Part shown: positions 35,416 through 47,000 of the stretch, one piece after another
Layout of the letters: each line of letters begins with the position of its first letter
Numbering within the stretch: position 1 is the first letter of the stretch
NCBI GenBank assembly: GCA_043228905.1
Contig: JBHGNT010000007.1
Span: 18,848,001 to 18,912,000 of the forward strand
Origin: Azolla caroliniana
Lineage: Eukaryota > Plantae > Polypodiophyta
DNA length: 64,000 bases
Direction of reading: 5' to 3'
Program-made: the position numbers and the translations under genes
Notes under the pieces: generated by a model
What the model was told of the DNA's origin: nothing
Seen by the model: the letters and a program-made list of their open reading frames with translations, nothing else
Databases searched by the model: none

Positions 35416-38400
35416 TGTTGGGGACAAGGCCGTCAATGTGGAAGTGCAAGCAACGTTCTGATGAAGAAGAGCCTGTGTATGTGCATGAGCAAGATAGATA
35501 CGGAGAGAGAGAGAGATATATATATATGCACAAAAGAAATGTTATATTTCTCAATAGCAACAGTTACAACAACAACAACAACAATTTCTAAAGGTTACAA
35601 GGTCACTTTATATAGCGATTGTCCTAGGGCAACTGCCCTTTATGCTATTTACAGAAATAGCCCAAACTTGGGCTGTCCAATGGGACAATGTGAATACAGC
35701 CATTATACACTCGTATTCGACACTCCCCCGTAATAGGCGTATACATGGGTTATCTAAAAAATTATAGGTATATACAAGGTTTATCAGACAAATCGGTTTT
35801 GTTAGAATCGGCAAGATATGAAGACAGAAGACTGAACCGGTCGGGTCAGAAGAGCTGAAGCCAATCCTCAAAGAACCGATGTCGGTGGTTCGAAACCATC
35901 CTGTACTCGATTACTCAGTTATAAGCAGAACTTCTTATTCGATTGGGTTCTCTATGGACAATATGTTTGGGTCGGTCGTCAAAACTTTGACTGAAGAGAC
36001 GACGTAGTTGACCTCCTCATGCCGGCTACTCTTCTGATCTGCTCTTTGAGCTTTGTTGGTTTTTGCTTTGAGTGCCCGACAGTTGGCTTTGATGTGTCTC
36101 GGTTTCTTGCAGTGGTTGTAGATTCGGTTGTCACGGGACTTGCTCCGGCTTCGCTGATTGTTCGGTAGTCTGGAAGAACTTCTTCCCCGGTTGTTCGATC
36201 GGTTGGTCGAACCTTGTACTACGTAAGCTTCATCTACCAAGTCTTTGGCGAAAGACTTTCTCTGAGCTGCTTCAGTCAGGATTGTGCTCGTGACTTCGGA
36301 GTACTTAACGACAACTGTTGAAGCATTGCACACGGTTGTAACGAAAGTTTCCCATGAAGAGGGGAGTCTACTCATGAGTATCTTTGCTCTAAGTTCATCC
36401 TCGATTGTCGTGCCCTGAGACAAGATTTGGGAGCTTATGCTTTCGTACTCATTGAGGTGTGCCTGAACCGAATCAGATTCTTTCATCCGCAGGTTGTAGA
36501 GGCGCCGGTGTCATGATGTGGCGTGCTCGAGGGTGGGAAAAACCGGCGAAGGGGGGGTCAAAATGTGCATGTGCAATGTGTGTGCACACAAAGGTGATTA
36601 ATTGTGCATATGCAAAATAAAAAGGAAAAGAAAGGGTGGAAAGGAGGTATAGAAGATCGTGCAAAAAGTAAGAGAGAGGAGAGATAAAAGGTAGAGGGGA
36701 GATAGGCTATGAATTTATAGAGATAGAATTATATATTATACAAGAGAAAGTTAATGGGCTAGTGGATAGTCACATTAACTTCTAGCTAGAGGTGCACGAT
36801 TCAAATCTAGTCTTATAGTGCAACGTGATTTAAGGAATTTTATTCCTTTTTCATAGAAGACAAAATTGGCAACCCCCTCTTCTTTCTTTCCTATAAAAGG
36901 AGGTCGAGGGGGGCTCATTTGGGAGGATGTTTTGGGAGGAGGAGACTATCGCCAATTTTCCTTCGAAGCTCTTCATCTTCTTATTCACCACTTCTCTTCA
37001 TCTCATACCCCTTCATTCCCCCATCGCCACATGCTTGTCTTCTTCGCGTCGGCACTCGAAGTGCTCGTGAGCCCAAGCTTCGTTGGTTCGACGTTGCTCC
37101 GCCCCATTCGTCGTTGCGAGCCCGTGTGCTCGCCGTTCGGGTGGTTGTGCTTTGTTGGGATTGGCATTTTGGTGGTGCTCGTGTGTTCATCTTCGCCATG
37201 TTCGGATTTGCTTTGTCTCTAAGGGCATTTAATATTTATGTTTTGATTGAGCTTGTGGTTAACTATAAGGTGCCATTGTAAAAAAAACCCTATTTTATAA
37301 AGGGTCCTCTTGCGTTGGAATTGAACACGTATTTATCTCTTTGGTCGATATCATTCGTGTTTCTTTCTCTCCTTCTTTCTTTATTCATGTCTTCCTTGTA
37401 CGTTTGGCCGTCTTGTGACGAGGGAGCGTTTCGGGTGTGCCCATGCACCTCTCCTCCTCATAAAGACGTACGAGCATTTGTGCGTGTGTTTGTGTCTTCC
37501 GTGTACGTTCGATCGTCTTGTGACGAGGGAACCGTTCGGGCTTGCCCATGCACCTCTCCTCCTCATAAAGGCGTACGAGCATTTGTGTGTGTATTTGTGT
37601 CTTCCTTGTACGTTCGACCGTCTTGTGACGAGGGAACGTTTCGGGCGTGCCCATGCATCTCTCCTCCTCATAAAGACGTGCGAGCATTCGTGTGTGTGTT
37701 TGTGTCTTCCTTGTACGTTCGCCTGTCTTGTGATGAGGGACCGTTTCGGGCGTGCCCATGCACCTCTCCTCCTCATAAAGGCGTACGAGCATTTTGTGCG
37801 TGTGTTTGTGTCTTCCTTGTATGTTCGGTCGTCTCGTGACGAGGGAGCATTCGGGCTTGCCCATGCACCTCTCCTCATAAAAGCGTACGAGCATTTGTGC
37901 ATGTGTTTTGTGTCTCCCTCGTACGTTCAACGTCTTGTGACGAGGGAGCGTTCGGGCGTGCCCATGCACCTCTCCTCCTCATAAAGACGTACAGACATTC
38001 GTGTTTGTGTTATCGTCCCCTTGTGCGTTCATGTTGCATGCTCATCTTGCTTGTACCCATTTGGTCACTTGGCTCGTGCGGTGATCTCGGAAGGTCGACG
38101 AGTCGTGATCAACGAGAGCCACCGGCCTCACAAAACAAAGGGCAACAAGACCTTTCTCGGGAAGGGGTCGGGAAGTAGTATTGTCATAAAGCAAACCTCG
38201 GGTCTTCTCTATCCCTTGAGTACTCCCTAGTCCAAGACCCCCGTGGTCCCGCCCAAGTAACACACGTGCGCAAAACTTCGCGACATCGGATCAGATACAT
38301 CTTCGTTGCGGCGACCTTCTTTTCATAAGTTTCCAATAGTGTTTTCCATAATTCAAATGCTGTCGAGCATGATTGCACTATGAAGTACACTGACTCCGAC

Positions 38401-39612
38401 AGGTGCATCTGAATTGTGGCATGGACAATTCTGTCCAGCTTTAGCCACTCGTTTGCCTTGTATGCTTCTAAAGGATTTTCATTCTTAATCGGGTCTATCT
38501 GACCCTTGACTATGAGATAGTCCTGCATTTGTTCCTTCTAGAAGTTGAAGTTCGAACCATCGAACCTCCTTAGACTCATCTCCGATGACTCGGATGTTGA
38601 TGCCATCTGCTTCGGTTTCGGTTGGTAAGAATCTGTTCGGAGTTAACTGGGAACCTTAGTGGGGTGCAACCGGTCGGCTCACCTGATATCGTTCTAGTCG
38701 GTTTTGAACTCGAGTCGATTTGGTTTCGGATACTTGTTGCTAAACTTGCTCGGAATGACTCCGGTAACTTGAGGGATAGAATCGGCTGGTCTTCTCGAAT
38801 GTTGCCGAGTCAGAGTGAGCCTGATTAGCTTCCGATTGTATGCCGAATACCGATTACAAAGAAACTGATTGTTTGGGCCGATTCTGGTTTGGATGACTGC
38901 AACGACGAGAGGGACGGATCCAATTGATCCTCCCGAATGTCAATCAGTCGAATGAAGCACGAATTTGGTTGTTGCCAGGAGACCAATCTATAGCGGGTGG
39001 TTACAACAAGCGGGTGAATAGTGTCCGATGACCTATTCGGATGTTGTTTAACCAAATGAAGCATGATTGGGTCGGTTGTTGCACAAGGAGCTCCCCTCAA
39101 GCGGTTACAATCACAGGAATAGAGTACAACCGGCTGGCTTACTCCAATTTGTGATTTAACACAGTGAGATGCGAGCCTTTTTGTTTTTTCTTCTCCCTTC
39201 TCTGTTCTTCAAAGAAAACGAAAACAAAACGTTGTGTGGTGTACTATGACGGCCGGTAGCGGGTTGAAGAACCTCCAATGCTTTGATACCAAATGTTGGG
39301 GACAAGGCCGTCAATGCGGAAGTGCAAGCAACGTTCTGATGAAGAAGAACCTATGCGCATGAGCAATATAGACACGGAGAGAGAGAGAGCGAGAGAGAGA
39401 GAGAGAGATAGGCACAAAAAAAATGTTATATTTCTCAATAGCAACAGTTACAACAACAATAACAACAACAACAATTTCTAAAGGTTACAAGGTCACTTTA
39501 TATAGTGACTGTCCTAGGGCAACTGCCCTTTATGCTATTTACAAAAATAGCCCAAACTTGGGCTGTCCAACAGGACAGTGTGAATACAGCCATTATACAC
39601 TCGTATTCGACA
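35416..39612 (-). mobile_element. Gag-only non-autonomous copia-type element (TR-GAG-like)
   Basis: LTRs at 39294-39612 and 35416-35722. Perfect TSD AAGGA. PBS TGGTATCAAAGC and PPT GGGGGAG. The only coding content is gag (38606-35935, RFDGSNF..., UBN2, knuckle). Confidence 0.9.
36509..38285 (+). mobile_element. Solo LTR (1777 bp), TGTCRYGA family, with ~6 copies of a 105-bp repeat (37389-38005)
   Basis: Ends TGTCATGA...TCGCGACA with 4-bp TSD CCGG/TCGG. Removing it restores the gag reading MYLIRRLYNLRMKES. Confidence 0.88.
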
Positions 39613-39884
39613 AAGGATGCACTTCTTTGACTTCGGGTTCAACTTTCTCCGCTTCTCATCCAGCACATGCACATATGCAATGCTACCGAATATCTTAAGG
39701 TGCCTTAAATTCGGCTTCCGCCCGGAATGCAACTCATGTGCTGACACCTTATCCCCGATCCGGTTTTGGATGTAGATAGCCGTCCGAACCGCTTCGGCCC
39801 AGTAGAACTTGGGCATGCTCTTCTCCTCCAGCATTACCTGTGTCGCGTCGACAATCGACCGGTTCTTCCTTTCGGCCACATCGT

Positions 39885-40785
39885 TATCGTGATATTTTCG
39901 ACACATAGTGCGAAACCACCCTCAAAAGAGAGTAAAGTAGTGGTCAAAATAAACTAATATTGCAAAATCAACTTTTGTAATAAATGATGAAAAGATAGTA
40001 AGGTAGAAGTGGTTTTTCAAAAGTAGATAGAAATAGAAAAAAGAAAAAAGCAAAAAGAACGCAAGGCGTGGAATTGAGGAGCAAGGTAGAGAAAAAAGCT
40101 CATAATTTCCTCATCTGATGTCCAAATTAGACAAGAAAAGATCCATAAGAAAGCTAACTCAAAGGGCTTTCCAAAAATAACTTATTGTCTAATTTGGACT
40201 TACAAAAATAAAATAATGATAGAAATAAAACGCGACTCATATAGACAAGCTTTTGTTTAGGAGAAAAATAAAGTAAACCATAGAAACCCTATAAATAAGA
40301 GCTATTCTTAAGAAGAAGGGGGGGGGGATGGATAGGGATTTGAAGAAGAAAAGATTTATGTTTTCTCTCTCATACTCTTAACCCTAAAGGGGGATATAAA
40401 AAAATCATGTATCAAAATAAGTCCATTATATGGATGATTTAGTAATAAAAACTCTTTATGTTTCCTCTCTCATACTCTCTTACTTTAAGTTTTGCTTACG
40501 TATAGATATAATTTAGTGCTATTCATACTCTCTTACTCTAAGCGTTCTTACTCATAAACATAATTAATCATTATTCGATCTTGCATACTCTCTTACTCGA
40601 AGATTTGCTTATGCATGAATATAATTAAGTATTATTCAATTTCTCATACTATCTTCCTCTTATTTGAGGGAAATATCTCGTCTTAAAACTTAAAGTACAT
40701 AAATCATTCAGCCCTAAATCCTTCTGGTCCAGAACCCTGGCGGTTCCGCCTCACGATTCACACTAGCTGGCGGATTTTCACGACA
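39885..40785 (+). mobile_element. Solo LTR (901 bp), TGTCRYGA family
   Basis: Ends T(A)TCGTGA...TCACGACA with 4-bp TSD TCGT/CCGT. Removing it restores the copia integrase motif QNGVAERKN. CATACTCTCTTACT repeats inside. Confidence 0.8.
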
Positions 40786-41240
40786 CCGTTTTGTTCCGGT
40801 GTGTACCTGCAACTGAATTCTCTCCTAAATCCTTCTGGTCCAGAACCCTGGCGGTTCCGCCTCACGATTCACACTAGCTGGCGGATTTTCACGACACCGT
40901 TTTGTTCCGGTGTGTACCTGCAACTGAATTCTCTCCAAAATCCCTTTTATTGCAGATAACTGTTGAATTTGCCAGAAAAGTATTCTTTTCCGCCATCCAA
41001 CTGTAGACACTTGATCTTCCTCTCCGTTTCCCGTTTCACAACACTTTGCAAGTTCCGGAAATAGTCGAAAACTTCGCTTTTCCTTCCGATTAGGTATTTC
41101 GATGTGTGTCGACTTTAGTCATCGATCAAGGAGACAAAATATTGGCTCTCGCCAAGACTAACGTTCTATGCCGGTCCCCATACATCCGAATGTATTAGAT
41201 CGAGCTTGTTACGGCTCTGGTTTTTTTTGGTGGGGAACGG

Positions 41241-44200
41241 TGTCGCGATATTACGCGAGTACGTGTAGGATCCGAGGTGGGACCATGGGGGTCTTGGACT
41301 AGGGAGTAGAGGAGAAGGAATAAGACACAAAATGGAAGCTTAGCTCAAGAGGAGAAGAGGAAGAATAACACATAAACATAGAATAGACAGAGGTAAGATC
41401 CCTCAAGAAGACAAGATACACAAGCAATTTAAATTATGAATCCACAAACGAATACATCCATGGCGACATAGGCCAAAACTCAACGGCTACAAGAAACCCT
41501 AACCTCCTAAGTAAGAAGAAGATGAAGAAACCCTAAACCGAATAGAGACCGTTGACCTAAGTGGTATACCTCTCTTAGTCAAACATAGGCAACCCCTTCA
41601 CAAGTGACCCCTCCCTTCTTTTTATAGCCCAAGGAGGGAGGGACATTACAATGTGGGATAAATACCCCCCCTATATTCTATACACCGTTTTCCTACTATA
41701 CATTTGCACATGTTGCACACCACCGACTTGCCCATTCCACCCCAGTTTCACACTATAGCTGGAAATCTTCACGACATCTACCCCCACCAAACCGCACATC
41801 CACTGGTATGTGCCAAGAAAGGAAAAGGGTCAGAGATTTCGGCGACGGTGATCAATCGGGTCCTCCGCCTTACCGGCACCCGACCGTCTCGCCGGCTCCA
41901 TACCGGCCCCGATCTGTCGACTTCCGGACTGCACCTGTCCTCCTTCCGAGAACTTGCCTGCGCGGCAATCCTTGTTGACCTTGCTCGACTTCTTCTTCCA
42001 CCTCGAGCATCCCCGTCCCTTCCACACAAACCGCCGTAGCCTCCCAATCCGTCGTACATCCCCAAACCGTCGGCTCCATCCGATTCGCCATATTCGACAT
42101 TCGCGCCTTCCTCCCAAATCGGTCCTCCCAGACCCCGTTGCCGATCCGATCACCCCTCCTTTGTCCATTGCGTATGTCCTCCGATCGGGTCCCCGGTCAC
42201 TCCGATCTCACACTAGATTCCGCGTACCGCGTGTGTCCCTCCTTCGGTTCGGCTGTCTCCTCCTCCCAAGTGCCTTGTGCCAACTCCTTCCATCCCGCGC
42301 TCGCCTTCCGTAGGCTCTTTCCATGCGTCGTTGTCGTTCCCCGAATGCGCGCTCATTCTTCGGTCCTTAGGCGACCCCATTATGTGCTCCTCCCTTCTCC
42401 CTTGATTGACATCCTCTCTCGTGGTAGAGCGTACCTCCATCCCGACATCCGTGCCGGTGTACCCCGCTTCGGCGTCCTTTGCGGCTCTCGTTACCGCTTC
42501 ATCTTGACTCGTGCCCTCTTGGCCCACTTGGCTTTGCATGCCCTCTAGAAAGACGCGCTTTCTCTTCCCAGCGTGTTTCCCTTTGTTCTGCACGCACCAT
42601 CCTTCTCTCCCGTCGTTCATCCACTGATCAAGGCACCTTACCGTTCTGTCTCTCGCCTCGTGCTTGCCTCTGAAAGGTTTGACCGGTCCGTTGTTGCCGG
42701 TCACTCATTGCCGCTCTTCCGGGTGCATGCTTGCTTCTTGGCCCTTCGCCGGCCGTAGTGCATGCTTCATTTTACGCCCTTCACTTGCGGTAGACCGGAC
42801 CTCCGCGTCGGCCTCTTCTCCCTTTGTTGTCGTAGCCCGTTCCGACTCGGGCTTACCGTTTTGGCCCCGCTCGTCCATTATTTCATACCGGATACCCGCT
42901 TCGGTAATCTCATCCGCTCCGGTAACCGACTCCTCGCCGCCACCCGCTGTCTCTCCGATCTTACGTTGATCCGCAACCGCCAAAGTCTCTAGAATAGGTG
43001 TGGAAGGTGCCGCTCGTTTTTGGTCTTTCACGGAACCATAGTCATCATGTTCGCTTGGCCTCCTTCTCACGCTCACTGGCTCCCACCATGTGTTGCGACT
43101 CGTCCTCCCCGATCTCCAATCATGCCGGCTTGGTCCTTGCCCGGTTCGGTCCCGGCCGATCATGTTCTAGTTTGGTCGACTTCCTTCCATAATCGTAACC
43201 GGCTGGTAAGGGGTCGACTGAACACTTCTGGTCTTGCCGGCTCTTCTTCGGTTCGGGCCTGGTTGACCAGCCCCCGCTTCATTCTTTTCCCGGTTCGCCT
43301 TTCGGTCGGGTCGGTTCCCGACTCTCTCCTTGTTGCCGCTCTCGGCCTCCCCTTCGATCCTTTCGTATATGCCTGTTCTGGGCCTCGCATCCTCCTCTTC
43401 GTTTCCGTCACCCGCCTTGCCGCCACCACCGTCCATCACTCTAGGTCTCACACCGGCTTTCGGGCCGGATGCCGGAGTCTCTAGAACAGGTGCGGGTAAG
43501 ATCCCGGCACCGCCACTCGTTATGTCTGTAGCCACCTCCATTCGTACGTCGTTGTTCGTGGCTACCCCGTCTCCAATCGCAGAAGCCTCGATTACGCTTG
43601 CCGCCTCCTCTTCCTCGATTTCCTTGCCGTCGTCTTGGTTGCCCGCCTTGCCGCCACCACCGTTCGTCACTCTAGGTCTCACACCGGCTCTCGGGCTGGA
43701 CGTCGGAGTCTCTAGAATCGGTGTGGGTATGGTCCCAGCACCACCACTCGTCTCCTCCCCGCTTGATGTTTCGGGCCACCGTGTCTCGAATCCTCCGCCC
43801 ACTCTTGAAGTGGCGCTCCCCGCTTCGTAGTCACCGACCTCATCCATGGTCGTCCCTTTTCCGTAAGACGAGAGAGTCGCTTGCTCCGCACCCTCTCCCA
43901 CGTCGTCGTCATCGTTGCACGTTCTTAAGGCCTCTGCATAGGGAGGCTTGTTACTCCACATCCTCCGATCGTCTTCGGCCCGACTCCACAATAAGCCCTT
44001 ATTTGGCTTCGAACTTTGCCTTCACGCTCTCGCACGCCTCCCATACCAACGCCTCTAGGTCATACTCCTCCGGTTGATCATGCGTCGAGCTCTCTTCCGG
44101 CGGTAGTGCATAGCCACTCACCGCCCTCTCTTCTCTACCGCTCGCGGGCCACATTGTTGCCGTCCGCTCCCCATCGGGTTTGCCAGCATACCCACTCCGG

Positions 44201-45109
44201 TTTCTTGTATCCGTACGCCTCCAATAGAGCTCCCTCAAAGGACTCCCACGACTCGTGAGCTTCTTGAAGCTCCTTGATCTCTTTGTGCACCGATACGGCC
44301 GCCACTCGACGAAAATATTCTACCCGCATCGCTTCGTCCACGCCCCTCTTCATCATCTCGGCATTGTACACTTCCAAGAACCTCGGGGCATTGTCCCCGT
44401 TGAATCGGCTAACTCGATCGACCACCCTCTCGATGGCTTGTTGAGCCGCATCTTGCCTCACCTTCTTCCGTCGGGCATCCATCACAATTTTCGCCATCAC
44501 CTCCGCAAAGTCGAAGTCTTCGTCTTCCATCTCCATCCTCCCTTGCCGCCTCTTCACGTCGGGTTCACCAAAGATGTCGCGATATTACGCGAGTACGTGT
44601 AGGATCCGAGGCAGGACCACGGGGGTCTTGGACTAGGGAGTAGAGGAGAAGGAATAAGACACAAAATGGAAGCTTAGCTCAAGAGGAGAAGAGGAAGAAT
44701 AGCACATAAACATAGAATAGACGGAGGTAAGATCCCTCAAGAAGATAAGATACACAAGCAAGTTAAATTATGAATCCACAAACGAATACATCCATGGCGG
44801 CATAGGCCAAAACCCAACGGCTACAAGAAACCCTAACCTCCTAAGTAAGAAGAAGATGAAGAAACCCTAAACCGAATAGAGACCGTTGACCTAAGTGGTA
44901 TACCTCTCTCACTCAAAAATAGGCAACCCCTTCACAAGTGACCCCTCCCTTCTTTTTATAGCCCAAGGAGGGAGGGACATTACAATGTGGGATAAATACC
45001 CCCCCTTCTTCTATACACCATTTTCCTACTATACATGTGCACATGTTGCACACCACTGACTTGCCCATTCCACCCCGGTTTCACACTATAGCCGGAAATC
45101 TTCACGACA
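41241..45109 (-). mobile_element. Non-autonomous gypsy-type LTR element (3.9 kb), TGTCRYGA family, tRNA-Trp PBS
   Basis: LTRs at 44575-45109 and 41241-41776. Perfect 4-bp TSD ACGG. PBS TGGTGAACCCGACGTGAA. PPT-like TTGGTGGGGGTAGA. Gag N-terminus (VSRFNGDNAPRFLEVYNAEM) is present, with no recognisable PR, RT or IN. Confidence 0.92.
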
Positions 45110-46483
45110 ACGGAAGCCAGTATTGCTTCCCAAGTTGGCAGGCTTCACATATTTGGGCCTTACGACCATTGAATTTCGGCAATTTGAAAACAACTTGTTT
45201 CGATTGTAGGTCTTGAAGCCTCTAGTAATTGACATGGCCGATCCACTTGCGCCACAGATCGATATCCGACTCGATCTTCTTACCCTTTGCAAACAAAGCG
45301 GTGGCTACGTCGTTGGTCTTGGGAATGAACATCCTCCTGTCCCAGCACCCTTGTGCGATTATCCGGCCCTCTTCCGCAATGAAGCACCCGAGGTGCGTAA
45401 ACCGCACCTGCATCCCCTGGTTGACGATGTACCCGACCGACACTAGGTTCCTTGTGATTGTTGGAACGTGGAACGTGGAACGTGAAGCACGCTCATACGC
45501 TTCCCTTTTTGTCCGACATGACTTAAGGGAACTTCTCCGACATGCACAATCGGGTGAGGAGTGTCATCTCCGGTTTCGACAACTCCCGATTGCTCCGGCT
45601 TTTCCAAAAATGAGAACCACTCTTCGTGGCTCATCATGTGGTTAGACGCTCCAGAGTCAACGTACCACACTTCCTCTTATCCGAAAGTGGTCTTCTTCAT
45701 CAAGTTCGCTTTGGGCTTCATCACAAAGGCTGGCCTTTCTCCGGCCTTACCGGTTCCAGATCCTTCCTATCCTTCGGCGTAGTGCGAGCTTCAACGTAGT
45801 GCGAGCTTTGCTAGTTCCCTTGTCCAGTCTTGCCTGATCCGGATTTATCCGGATCAACGCGCTTCTTCTAACACTTGCTCTCTTTGTGGGCTTTCTTGCC
45901 ACAATACCATCATTCCGTGTCCGCCTTTGATTGCCTATTTCCAATGCCGCTTTGACTCCCCTTGCTTGTGGAGGGTTCGAAATTGCTGTCAGCACTATCT
46001 CCATGTCTCCGGTTCTCCTCTTATCGGTCGATGCTATTGCGTGCCGACCCACCTCGTCCTCCACGTCCATGGGGCCGATTCGCCGCCGTGTACAACATCT
46101 GGCTGTCCGATTGAATGGTCATCGACCCATTCGTGTGGTTTTCTTCGACCATGAACATCGATTGTAGGTCAAAGAAGGACAATGGTTTCTCCGGGGTGCA
46201 AATTGCCGTCTGGATTGGCCCGTACCATTGTGCTAGACCATTGAGGCAAATATGGACCATCTCGTCTCCGTGCACCATCACATTGATAGACCTGAGCGCG
46301 TTGTTGATATCCTTGATCGTGGTGGTGTAGTCGGTGACGGACATGTTCCTTTGCCGAATGTTGTGGAGGTCTTGTCGTAGCTACAACTTCTGGACCGTGG
46401 TACTTGCGGCGAAAATCTTCCAGAGATTTTCCCAGGCCACCTTCGGTGATTTTGCATCTCTAATGTGGCCAAGCATTTCACTC

Positions 46484-47000
46484 TGTGTACATACAATGTG
46501 CTTAGTGAGAACTTTTATACAAGTCCCTGATAGGACTAACAAAAGTACAAACAAGTACTTCAATGCTCATACGAGCGACTGACACTGGCTCCCAAAAATA
46601 TGTCTACGTACTAGGCTAGATTCGTAGGCCTCTAATTGCCTACCGGTTACAATCCAGCCCGTCTCTTCGATCTGGTTTCTGGTTTCGGATACCATCTGAA
46701 AACCGATCTGGCTCTTCGTTCCGGACTCTGATTTGGTTCTGGCTTATTCAGCCAATCTGGATCCGATTGAGCTTGTCCACTCAACAAAGATCATCATTTA
46801 CAATGTTGGGCTTGAGCTTATATACTCAAGCCCTATGGATCAGACGTGTTCACGCTTGTGGATACAAAGTGGAAGGAGTCGGCCTTTTATGTCAACATGG
46901 TCGACAATCTACAAGTTCGCGGAGGCCTTTGCCTGAAGGTCTATCTACTAAGTCAACGCCTTATACTCCAGGTACGACTAATTCCAATTAGTTTTCCACA
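46484..47000. mobile_element. Probable solo LTR with non-matching flanks
   Basis: A TGTG...CCACA segment that exactly separates copia gag (left) from gypsy RT (right). No TSD. Confidence 0.5.

Larger units (their letters stand above)
34766..46483 (-). mobile_element. Fragmented Ty1/copia (gag-PR-IN; related to the 28397 element) hosting three nested insertions
   Basis: Collinear pieces on the minus strand: gag 46483-46000, protease WYVDSGASNHM ~45670, CEACQLGKQ ~45130, integrase core 41236-40900 (HSDVWGP...YTPEQNG), VAERKN 39880-39620, and integrase tail 35410-34770. The pieces rejoin across TSDs. No LTRs or RT were found. Confidence 0.85.

Noticed and set aside
37315-37984. Several 170-190-aa ORFs on both strands
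   Set aside because: Artefacts of a 105-bp (multiple of 3) tandem repeat inside an LTR.
41704-44077. Dense overlapping ORFs suggesting a novel gene cluster
   Set aside because: GC-rich, low-complexity interior of an LTR element. Stop-poor composition explains the ORFs and no domain is recognisable.
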